A stretch of 64,000 nucleotides of DNA from Candidatus Undinarchaeota archaeon (GTDB lineage: Archaea; SpSt-1190; JASMDC01), in assembly GCA_964519305.1 (NCBI GenBank), contig CAZFHY010000005.1:32001-96000 (forward strand), given 5' to 3'. A model generated the notes under the pieces. The model did not search any database and was not told the origin of the DNA. It saw nothing but the letters and a program-made list of their open reading frames with translations. Positions 1 through 7,660 of the stretch are shown piece by piece; position 1 is the first letter of the stretch; each line of letters opens with the position of its first letter. The position numbers were made by a program, and so were the translations under genes.

Positions 1-2
1 GG

Positions 3-734
3 ACCGTACGCCTTCTAGTCGCCCAGGAGGGATTACGAGGTCCTCTCGCCGTGTCCATGGTACGGACAGTGCTCGCCGATAGCGATCCGGCACAACGTCG
101 ACTGGCACTGGCGGACGAGCGGAAGCTCGTAGTGGGAGGGCTTCGTGTGCAGGACGACTACGGTTCGTGGGAGGTCCCACCGCTCCTCGTGGACGCAGTG
201 CTGCTCTTCCTGGTCCCCTTCCTTGTACTCTTTCCAGCCTTCGCCGTCGCCATGTTCACGACCAACCTCGTCCGCGAGGAGTTCACGACACGTACCCTGG
301 ACTCCCTTCTCATGGCCTGCCCACGACCGCGTACTCTGGCCGGGGGTCTGGCGGCGCCCACGGTGCTCCTCACCGCGGTCGCTTCGGGAACGGTCCTCCT
401 CCTGAGCACCCGTCTGTTCCCCGTGCTCGGCGTGGCACCGCTCGTGGCCATCTCCGCTGTCACAGCCCTTTTCTTTTGCGGTGTAGGTTCCGCTGTTGCG
501 GTGCGTACGCGGGGCGCCGAGACGTCCCAGTCAGCAGTATGGATCGCGGTCGCTATGGTGGGTGCGACGGTGATGCTCCCTCGTCCGCTCTCTCCGCCTA
601 GGCTGGCGGTCGCGCTCGGTACGGGCCCCGTGCCATTCTGGGAAGTAGGTACGTGCATCTCAGGTCTCATCGTTCTTGCGATGCTGGCGTGGAGTCTGTT
701 CGAGACGTCAATCGCAGGCTTGGCGGAAGGTTAG
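3..734 (+). CDS. ABC-2 type transporter permease (5'-truncated by window edge)
   Basis: Frame is open from the window start; multiple TM helices; 'VREEFTTRTLDSLLMACP' matches the ABC-2 E-x-x-x-x-T-L-x-x-L-L-x-x-P motif. Confidence 0.7.
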   Translation, partial: TVRLLVAQEGLRGPLAVSMVRTVLADSDPAQRRLALADERKLVVGGLRVQDDYGSWEVPPLLVDAVLLFLVPFLVLFPAFAVAMFTTNLVREEFTTRTLDSLLMACPRPRTLAGGLAAPTVLLTAVASGTVLLLSTRLFPVLGVAPLVAISAVTALFFCGVGSAVAVRTRGAETSQSAVWIAVAMVGATVMLPRPLSPPRLAVALGTGPVPFWEVGTCISGLIVLAMLAWSLFETSIAGLAEG

Positions 735-746
735 TCCAGGCCAGTA

Positions 747-1529
747 TCACGGATGCGGGCCGGTCCTTGCGGTCGTGCGTGGCGTCTGTGCCAGACGCTG
801 TGAGCGTCGGTGGAGGGAGAGGTACTCACCCAAAAGCTCGCTCACAACATCCCGGGAACCAAGGCCGATTGCGAGCCCCATGCCCAGAGAGAGACCAAGG
901 CCGAGAGAGCACAGGACGACGATGAGCGGCATTGCCAGCACCAACGTGACGATGCTCCTCTCGACGCCCATGACCAGCAACGGCAGCGCCAGGACCACGG
1001 CGACGTACACGATCAGTATGTTGGTCAGCACACCGAGTATCTTTGCCTGGGGTAGTTCAAGGGTACCCAACCGTCGTGCCACGTACTCGCCAACGACTAC
1101 GCCAAGGAGCACGATGAGTGCGGACTGGACGATCCGTGGCGAGAACTCGACCAGGACCAGGCGCATCAGCGCGTCGACCGTCGGTACACCGAATGTACCC
1201 ACGGCCACTGTGAGGAATATGAGGTAGACGTACCAGCGGATGGCGATGGACACGATCTCAGCGAGCCCGAGGCCCTGGAACTCCACCTTGACTTCCGCCC
1301 GCTCGAGCATGTGCTCCAGCTGGATGAGCCGGAATATCCGGACTGCTACTGCAGAGATTGCTCGCCCGAGCACGTACCCTGCGGCCACCACGAGGGCGGC
1401 CACGAAGAACCGGGGGACGAAGAAGTGGGCCTTCCCATATGCCTGGGTAACGCTCTCCTGGAAGATGTCACCCATAACACCGGTGGCGTTCATCACCCCT
1501 GCCATCGCCGTGTGGGGGTTGTGCATCAT
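747..1529 (-). CDS. Conserved TM-helix repeat membrane protein (CmpX / MscS-associated)
   Basis: Two 'PR..AALVV..G..LGR' type TM repeats; C-terminal 'GLAIGLGSRDVV' motif. Confidence 0.7.
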   Translation of the reverse strand: MMHNPHTAMAGVMNATGVMGDIFQESVTQAYGKAHFFVPRFFVAALVVAAGYVLGRAISAVAVRIFRLIQLEHMLERAEVKVEFQGLGLAEIVSIAIRWYVYLIFLTVAVGTFGVPTVDALMRLVLVEFSPRIVQSALIVLLGVVVGEYVARRLGTLELPQAKILGVLTNILIVYVAVVLALPLLVMGVERSIVTLVLAMPLIVVLCSLGLGLSLGMGLAIGLGSRDVVSELLGEYLSLHRRSQRLAQTPRTTARTGPHP

Positions 1530-1560
1530 TTAAATATCGTTCGCGTATCAATAGAAAGCG

Positions 1561-1746
1561 ATGGAGTGGCCGGAACAGGGCACGCTCGAAGGTCTGGCAC
1601 TGGCGGCCTTGGTGCTCGTCATCACCTTCCATGGCTACTTCGTGTTCTTCTGGGGGGCCGTAGGTCTGGTGAACTGCGTCGTGTTCGTTGTGGTGGCGGG
1701 ACTGCTGGCCCAGGAGATCGTCCCCTGGATCGAGGAGGACGACTGA
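1561..1746 (+). CDS. Small two-TM membrane protein
   Basis: 61-aa hydrophobic ORF downstream of a TTTAAATA box; next gene starts 1 nt after its stop. Confidence 0.55.
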   Translation: MEWPEQGTLEGLALAALVLVITFHGYFVFFWGAVGLVNCVVFVVVAGLLAQEIVPWIEEDD

Positions 1747-1747
1747 G

Positions 1748-2086
1748 ATGCTCCGCACCGAACTCGAGAAATCGCTCGCCCATTACCTGGCCGCGGACGG
1801 CTGGCAGGCCCGCGAGGCCGTACCCTTTGGCGTTCCTTCTGTCCTGCGCCTCCTGGCTGCACAAAGGGAGGGGAAGATGGCGCTGTTCCATCCGCTGGAC
1901 GCGGGGAAGCAGAAGAAGCTCAAGCTCGACGCAGATCAGCTCGCGGACCTTAAGGACTGGTCTGAACGTAACGATCTCAGAACATATATCGCCGTGCTCT
2001 TCGGGGACAACTGGGTCATCAAGAAAGTGAGCAGGATCCACTCCACCTGGATCGAACGTATGACCTTTAGCGACGACGGTCTCTGA
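1748..2086 (+). CDS. Hjc (Holliday junction resolvase)-like PD-(D/E)XK fold protein with degenerate catalytic residues
   Basis: ATG at 1748; aligns by eye to archaeal Hjc (ELEKSLAHYLAADGW; LADLKDWSERNDLRTYIAVLFGDNW) but lacks the D and ExK residues. Confidence 0.55.
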   Translation: MLRTELEKSLAHYLAADGWQAREAVPFGVPSVLRLLAAQREGKMALFHPLDAGKQKKLKLDADQLADLKDWSERNDLRTYIAVLFGDNWVIKKVSRIHSTWIERMTFSDDGL

Positions 2087-2136
2087 ACCCCTCCCAAGAA
2101 GGAGGGTTTTTATTATTTCCCGGCCATCATCGCTCC

Positions 2137-3771
2137 ATGCGGTCGCTGGGTGCCCTCTTGCTCGTATTCATTCTACTCGCTTCGGTACAGGCAGCTGAGC
2201 CGGTGATCAAGTACAGTGGAACATCCTTCGATGACAGCCTTTACACGGGAGAGACGAGCGTGATGGAGGTAAAGATCACCTCCACATACGACACCGGTAA
2301 CGCGCCCAGTGTGAACGTGATCCTGGACGCCGCTGAATCCGGTGGTAAGCTCAAGCTCTACCGGATCACGTCGCGCTCGTTCACCAAGCGCACCATCCCG
2401 TGCTCGGACGCCGCGTACAATCGTCACGAGAACTTGAACGTTGCGGTCACCAAGGGTCTAAACTCCTTCCTGTACGCCATTCAGCCATGCGAGAACGTTC
2501 TGCCCGGCACCTATGCCCTGGAGTTCAAGGTGGACGGTACGGCCGTTGTGGAAGAGATAACGGCCAAGGTGCAGTCCCCCGTACGGATATCTGTATCATC
2601 CGGTACCGTCAGACTGGGCGCTGCCAAGACCCTGACCGTCACCGTCGCCAATCGCGGGATCGAGCTCCTAGAGAACGTTGGGGTCGACTTCTCGAGCCCG
2701 CTGCCCGGAAAGATCACGATCAAGCCTACACGCATACGACTGGACGAGAACCTGCCCCTCAAGGCATCCACCAAGTTCGAGGTAACGGTGAACGCTACAC
2801 TTGACACACCCGCCGTTGAATACCCGCTCAACGTGTACACGTCGTACAGGACCTTCGAGACCGTTACCACGGTACGCGAACCCGTCCCCGATAAGAGCAT
2901 CACGGTGGTCCAGGGGGACAATCCCAAGCTGGAGCTGGCCGTACGGGACCCTGCCGACATCAACGTGGAGGATGCCCGGTTCGCCTCAGTGCTCGGGAAG
3001 GAGTTCAACGTGGCGTTCCCTCTCAAGAACACGGGGAACGGGCATGCAGAGAAGTGCACCGTGGAGCTCACCATGCCCCATGGTGTTTTCCTACCCGCCA
3101 ACGTCACACGGCCGTTCGAGTTCCGGGAGCTCGTCACCGAGGACGTGCTCGTCATCGACATGGGAACCCTGATAGGTGGGGACGAGGGGAACGTCGAGGT
3201 CATCTTCCTTCCCCTTCTGGTCGATACCACTCCTGAGGGCACCACCGAGGTCGACGTCCTGGCCCGGTGCCTGAACATGGCAGGGAAAGATATCACGAGC
3301 CGGAGCATGACCATGAAGGTCGACCTTGAGTTCCCGAAGCCGGTGTTCGAGCTGGGCACGAACGTACCGGACACGGTAATCGAGCCCGAGAGCTTCATAA
3401 CCGCAAAGGTCTCTCTTAAGACACTGGAAGCCCAGAAGTGCTCAGTCCGTGTGAAGTGGCCAATATACCTCCATTACATGGACACGCTGGGCAAGTTCCA
3501 GTGGAGCGCCAATCCCGAGGTGAACGGTACATACGAGAAGACGCTGCGGCTCAAGAGCTCCGCAGAGCATCGCTCGACGTCGGACCATGACATTCTGGTC
3601 ACCGCCACCTGCAAGAACAGTCTGGATGTGACCGCGTCCCAGGAACGACGGATCGCTCTCCAATACGTCTCGCCGGGGGGACAACAGGACATGATCGTCT
3701 ACGGCATCGTTGGACTGGGCGCCGTACTGGTCGTTCTCATCGTGCTCTTCCAGCTAACCAAGAATAGCTAG
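2137..3771 (+). CDS. Secreted, C-terminally anchored multi-Ig/CARDB-like surface (S-layer-type, COG1361-like) protein
   Basis: Sec signal (LLASVQA/AE); beta-rich repeats with 'VTVANRG' and 'LKNTGNG'; C-terminal TM helix. Confidence 0.65.
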   Translation: MRSLGALLLVFILLASVQAAEPVIKYSGTSFDDSLYTGETSVMEVKITSTYDTGNAPSVNVILDAAESGGKLKLYRITSRSFTKRTIPCSDAAYNRHENLNVAVTKGLNSFLYAIQPCENVLPGTYALEFKVDGTAVVEEITAKVQSPVRISVSSGTVRLGAAKTLTVTVANRGIELLENVGVDFSSPLPGKITIKPTRIRLDENLPLKASTKFEVTVNATLDTPAVEYPLNVYTSYRTFETVTTVREPVPDKSITVVQGDNPKLELAVRDPADINVEDARFASVLGKEFNVAFPLKNTGNGHAEKCTVELTMPHGVFLPANVTRPFEFRELVTEDVLVIDMGTLIGGDEGNVEVIFLPLLVDTTPEGTTEVDVLARCLNMAGKDITSRSMTMKVDLEFPKPVFELGTNVPDTVIEPESFITAKVSLKTLEAQKCSVRVKWPIYLHYMDTLGKFQWSANPEVNGTYEKTLRLKSSAEHRSTSDHDILVTATCKNSLDVTASQERRIALQYVSPGGQQDMIVYGIVGLGAVLVVLIVLFQLTKNS

Positions 3772-4404
3772 ACTGAATGGGTCCCCGAGCAGCAGGTTCG
3801 CGATCACCGACACAAGGAGGAACGGCGCCATCGGTATCCTTAGTTCCTGTCCCTCCAGCCTAAAGAGCATGAGGAGCGCAGTGGCCGCGGCGAAGAGCAC
3901 AGGGACCAGTGCGGTCGTGACATCACCGTGCAGGAGTAGGAAGAGCGCTGCCCCCAGGAGCATGCCCAAGGGAGCGTCCCGTCGGCGGAAGGTGGGCCGC
4001 TGTCCTTCGCGCACGACATGCCAGACGTACCATCCCATACCGACTACCTGAGCGAGGAGGACGGCGAGCACCAGCACCGCTACGGGGAAGGGAAGGATTG
4101 CAGGGAAACGTGTCGCCACACCATCGTGGACGAATCCCTGGGCCCTCAGTGGTGAGAGGAGGCAAAGGGCACAAACTAGCTTCACGTCGGCGCCGCCGAT
4201 GCACCGGGCCCGGTACCACAGGAACACTAGGCCGAGCACCAGGAGGTTCACGGAGAACTGGTCCGGGTCATGCCCGATAATCAGGTAAGCGATCGCGCCT
4301 ATGACCAGGAGCACGTCGGTGATGAGCGGATGCACCTCGCCAGTCCGCAGGTCGTCGAGGGAGGCCGCGGCCAGGCCGGCCACGAGCACGTACAGACGCC
4401 ACAC
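3754..4404 (-). CDS. Prepilin peptidase, A24 family (PibD/FlaK/EppA-type)
   Basis: 'ASLDDLRTGEV' and 'IGGADVKL' aspartate motifs, C-terminal 'PMAPFL'; GTG start 1 nt after the upstream stop; last gene of the pilin operon. Confidence 0.9.
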   Translation of the reverse strand: MWRLYVLVAGLAAASLDDLRTGEVHPLITDVLLVIGAIAYLIIGHDPDQFSVNLLVLGLVFLWYRARCIGGADVKLVCALCLLSPLRAQGFVHDGVATRFPAILPFPVAVLVLAVLLAQVVGMGWYVWHVVREGQRPTFRRRDAPLGMLLGAALFLLLHGDVTTALVPVLFAAATALLMLFRLEGQELRIPMAPFLLVSVIANLLLGDPFSLAILG

Positions 4405-4405
4405 G

Positions 4406-6667
4406 CTACTTCCACACCTCGAGGTTGAGCACGCCCACACCCCTGCCACCCCGGGGCGCTACGACACGGTTGACGGACACAATACCGTACTTTGCCTGGG
4501 TGGAAGATATGCAACCGAAGTCCGGGCTCTGGCAGTTGGCCAGTCCCTCGGGCGGTTCATCCTCCCCCTCCTGATCGGGGTTTGGATCGGTCATGAAGGG
4601 TTCGGCCTGATACTGTGGATTGAAGCAGAAGGTCTCACAACTCCCTTTGTCCTCGATATCGCGGATCACGCATACTGGAGGGATCGCCTCCGCGTCCCAC
4701 TCACCGCTGACTTCCTCGCCCTCGCAGAACGCCGAGTCCATCCCTATTGACGAGACAGCACACCGGCCGCCAGGGCCTTCACCGGGATCGTTCCAAACCC
4801 ACGCGGTCGTTAGGTGCTCACATGCTTGCAGATCTCCTGCGGCGAGCACGCACTCGTCGTTCACCCAGGTACCGCCCACGTCGGGATCCAGGCAGTCCAC
4901 GTCATTATCGATTCCAACGGCCACACATCGCGGATCGGGCTGGTCCTCGGTCCATTCCGTGTTGCCCGCGGCCTCGCAGGTCTGCTCGTCGGATATGAGC
5001 CAGATGAAGCAGTCCGGATCGTTCCAGACGCCGTTGATGTCCTCGCACGCTGCCTGGTCAGGCACTGCAGCAGGATCGGTCCGACAGAGCTCGGTAGGGA
5101 GCCATTCGGCATCCACGAGAGCACCCTCGCACGTTGTCTGATCAGGAACTATCGGGAGCAGGCACTCGCCCCGCTCGTCGTCCCAGAAGGTAAGGTACTG
5201 TCCTTGATCATCTCCCCAGAAGGTGGCCTCGCCATCGAAGGTCGAATCCGCCTGGACGACAAAACCGTAAGTGCGTGTGGGGATGTCCCCGGTGAACGTG
5301 TCCGTGTGCTGTAGAGCGAGACGGCAGTCGTTGGTAAGGATGAAATTGGCTACGATAGTGGCGCCGGGGAATGTATCCTCACCTTGTCTGAAGGTCGTGT
5401 ACGTGATAGTGGCAGTAGCACTGTTCGCGTCCTGTGTGGTGATGATTGTTGGTTCCTCGCCGGGCAGGCAGACGTTCCCTACATAGCAGTACACGGTGCC
5501 TGCCTGGCAAGCGACCGGGAGTTCGTGCTTGAACACGGGCCGCCACGTCGGGGTTCCGGGTGTAGCGGGATCGCTATCCACGTCGCCATCCGAAGCGACA
5601 TAATAATCGATAAAGCTGACGATACCACCGTCACACGCCGTTCCGGCATGGACGCGGAGCCTAGATTCCACTGTACCGCAGTCGGCCGTGTAGACCTCTG
5701 ACGTCCCGTCCATGGTCTGCTGGATAGAGCCTGCAGGGTGCTGGCCGCCCCCTACCGGGAAGCCGCGGTTGGAGGTCAGATACGTGGCTGCCGCTGCTCC
5801 GATTGTGTCGGAGGCAATATTGCTCTCATCAGGGATAATATCGAAGACGACGGTCCCGCTGTCGTATGTGTCCGGACAGTTACCTGCTTTACAGGCAACG
5901 ATCCCTATTTGGAGAGAGTCACCGTTAGCATCGACTTTCACCTGGGTGAGACCAAGAGCACCTGGCGTGTAATCATCCGCCGTCGTCACATGGAGGCACA
6001 TCCCCCCCGGATCCTCCCGGTTACATGTACCCGTCGAATGACCAGCTTCATTTATCTGGAATACCGCCGGATTCCTGAGAATTATCCTTGTCAGTTCATC
6101 ATCTTCGTAGTAGAAGCTGCCATCCATCTCACGATATCCTGCGGATAATATCCGACAATCATTCCCATTATCCGTCACCGGATCAGTGACAACGCATCGA
6201 GGGACAGGCGCGTCCTCGAACCATTGGGTATTGACGGGTAGAGTAATGTCCCGGTCCACACCCATGTCCTCGTCCTTGCACACGTACATGTTCACACGCC
6301 AGCCATAGCCCAGAGAACCCTCTGTACTCATCAGGCGCGAGAAGAATGTCGGCCCTACCAAAAAGGGAGCTAGTCCACCTGCCGCCTCGACATCGATAGC
6401 GTTCAACCGGTCGATGCCCATACCCTCGTCATAGTACGAAACACCGTACTGATAGCCGTTCGGTGTGGAGTCGACCATGGCGGTCATGAAGTCATCGGAG
6501 ACCATCTTGAGGTCATAAACCGTCTGCCACTCCACACGGTCCTTCTCCACTTCTGTTCCCATTCTTTCCATGGCCGTGAATAGCAGGCCGAAGATGGCAA
6601 GAGCTATGATTATGTCGATGGAGAATGTCTGGCCACGACGTCGCCCTCCGAGCTTCACGGCCCGCAC
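4406..6667 (-). CDS. Large Cys-rich type IV pilin-like protein (class III signal peptide)
   Basis: RRRG/QTFSIDIIIALAIFGLLF cleavage motif; C-terminal 'VNRVV...LNLEVWK' typical of archaeal minor pilins; internal C..GxW..C repeats. Confidence 0.8.
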   Translation of the reverse strand: MRAVKLGGRRRGQTFSIDIIIALAIFGLLFTAMERMGTEVEKDRVEWQTVYDLKMVSDDFMTAMVDSTPNGYQYGVSYYDEGMGIDRLNAIDVEAAGGLAPFLVGPTFFSRLMSTEGSLGYGWRVNMYVCKDEDMGVDRDITLPVNTQWFEDAPVPRCVVTDPVTDNGNDCRILSAGYREMDGSFYYEDDELTRIILRNPAVFQINEAGHSTGTCNREDPGGMCLHVTTADDYTPGALGLTQVKVDANGDSLQIGIVACKAGNCPDTYDSGTVVFDIIPDESNIASDTIGAAAATYLTSNRGFPVGGGQHPAGSIQQTMDGTSEVYTADCGTVESRLRVHAGTACDGGIVSFIDYYVASDGDVDSDPATPGTPTWRPVFKHELPVACQAGTVYCYVGNVCLPGEEPTIITTQDANSATATITYTTFRQGEDTFPGATIVANFILTNDCRLALQHTDTFTGDIPTRTYGFVVQADSTFDGEATFWGDDQGQYLTFWDDERGECLLPIVPDQTTCEGALVDAEWLPTELCRTDPAAVPDQAACEDINGVWNDPDCFIWLISDEQTCEAAGNTEWTEDQPDPRCVAVGIDNDVDCLDPDVGGTWVNDECVLAAGDLQACEHLTTAWVWNDPGEGPGGRCAVSSIGMDSAFCEGEEVSGEWDAEAIPPVCVIRDIEDKGSCETFCFNPQYQAEPFMTDPNPDQEGEDEPPEGLANCQSPDFGCISSTQAKYGIVSVNRVVAPRGGRGVGVLNLEVWK

Positions 6668-7131
6668 CTCCAGTCCTGAGTGTCAATGCACAGATGCATG
6701 GTCTTCCCTATGCAACGCATTCGGAGGCTCCGCTCATATACGATCTTGTTCGACGATGGACGGAAGTGGAGCGGGGCATAGGCCTCGTAAGGTCCGAAGT
6801 ACTGCATCTTCGTGTCGTACACTACATGCACGTAGAAGCGGACCGGCCCGATCTCCGCCTCCCGCAACTCGTAGGTGTACATGGAACCGTCACAAGTGAT
6901 GGTCTTGTTGAGCCGCCCTATTGCGAAGTACGGGTTCATGGCGGCAGCCACGCGCTCCGCCTCATCGACAGCGCGCTGCTCGAGGGTCTCCTCACGACGA
7001 TCGTTCCGATGACCCATGAACTGAGCGGCGAGCGCACTGATGAGCACCATATAGATGGCGAAGATGGTCATGAGCTCCAGCGCCACCTGGCCACGACATG
7101 ACCTGAGATCGCGTCCCCTAATCATCTTCAT
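6655..7131 (-). CDS. Minor type IV pilin (class III signal peptide)
   Basis: CRG/QVALELMTIFAIYMVLI; overlaps both neighbours; GGAGG upstream (start may be 7125). Confidence 0.8.
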   Translation of the reverse strand: MKMIRGRDLRSCRGQVALELMTIFAIYMVLISALAAQFMGHRNDRREETLEQRAVDEAERVAAAMNPYFAIGRLNKTITCDGSMYTYELREAEIGPVRFYVHVVYDTKMQYFGPYEAYAPLHFRPSSNKIVYERSLRMRCIGKTMHLCIDTQDWRCGP

Positions 7132-7660
7132 CCTCCTGGGGTACGCCACCTTCTGCGAATAACCGCACACGCCCGTGACGACATTGCACCTTGAGCTGGA
7201 CTGATCCGCAGATTAGGTTGCCGCAGGTGACCTCCATCTTATATCGCTCCGCGGGCTCATCCTTCCATTCTCCCACGGACGATGCACTGAAATGTCGCCC
7301 ATTGACATAGGCAGAACCGGTCGGCGGTGCCGGATCGAACTGGGAGCGAGGTACCTCCACCTCTATCCCCTGCACCCGCCCGCTGCCGAAATCCTCTTCA
7401 CGGTAGCGGACGGTGATATGGCGCGACCATGTATAGACCTGGAGGTGCTCGGTGTTGTGTGAACCACCGTCACAAGCGTGCTCCAGAGAGAATGCGAGCT
7501 TGTTCGCGATGATCTGCGCCCGCTTTGCTGAGTTCCGGTCCGCAAGGCGCTGGTTCTCCATCTTGGCCGTGAACAGAAGCATGGAGAACATCACGAGCAC
7601 CGCTGACATGAGCGCAAGTGTCTCGAGAGGGACCTGACCCCGCCTCACGCGCGCTGTCAT
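7118..7660 (-). CDS. Minor type IV pilin (class III signal peptide)
   Basis: MTARVRRG/QVPLETLALMSAVLVMF; GGAGGTG RBS; ATGA overlap with the upstream gene. Confidence 0.8.
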   Translation of the reverse strand: MTARVRRGQVPLETLALMSAVLVMFSMLLFTAKMENQRLADRNSAKRAQIIANKLAFSLEHACDGGSHNTEHLQVYTWSRHITVRYREEDFGSGRVQGIEVEVPRSQFDPAPPTGSAYVNGRHFSASSVGEWKDEPAERYKMEVTCGNLICGSVQLKVQCRHGRVRLFAEGGVPQEDEDD

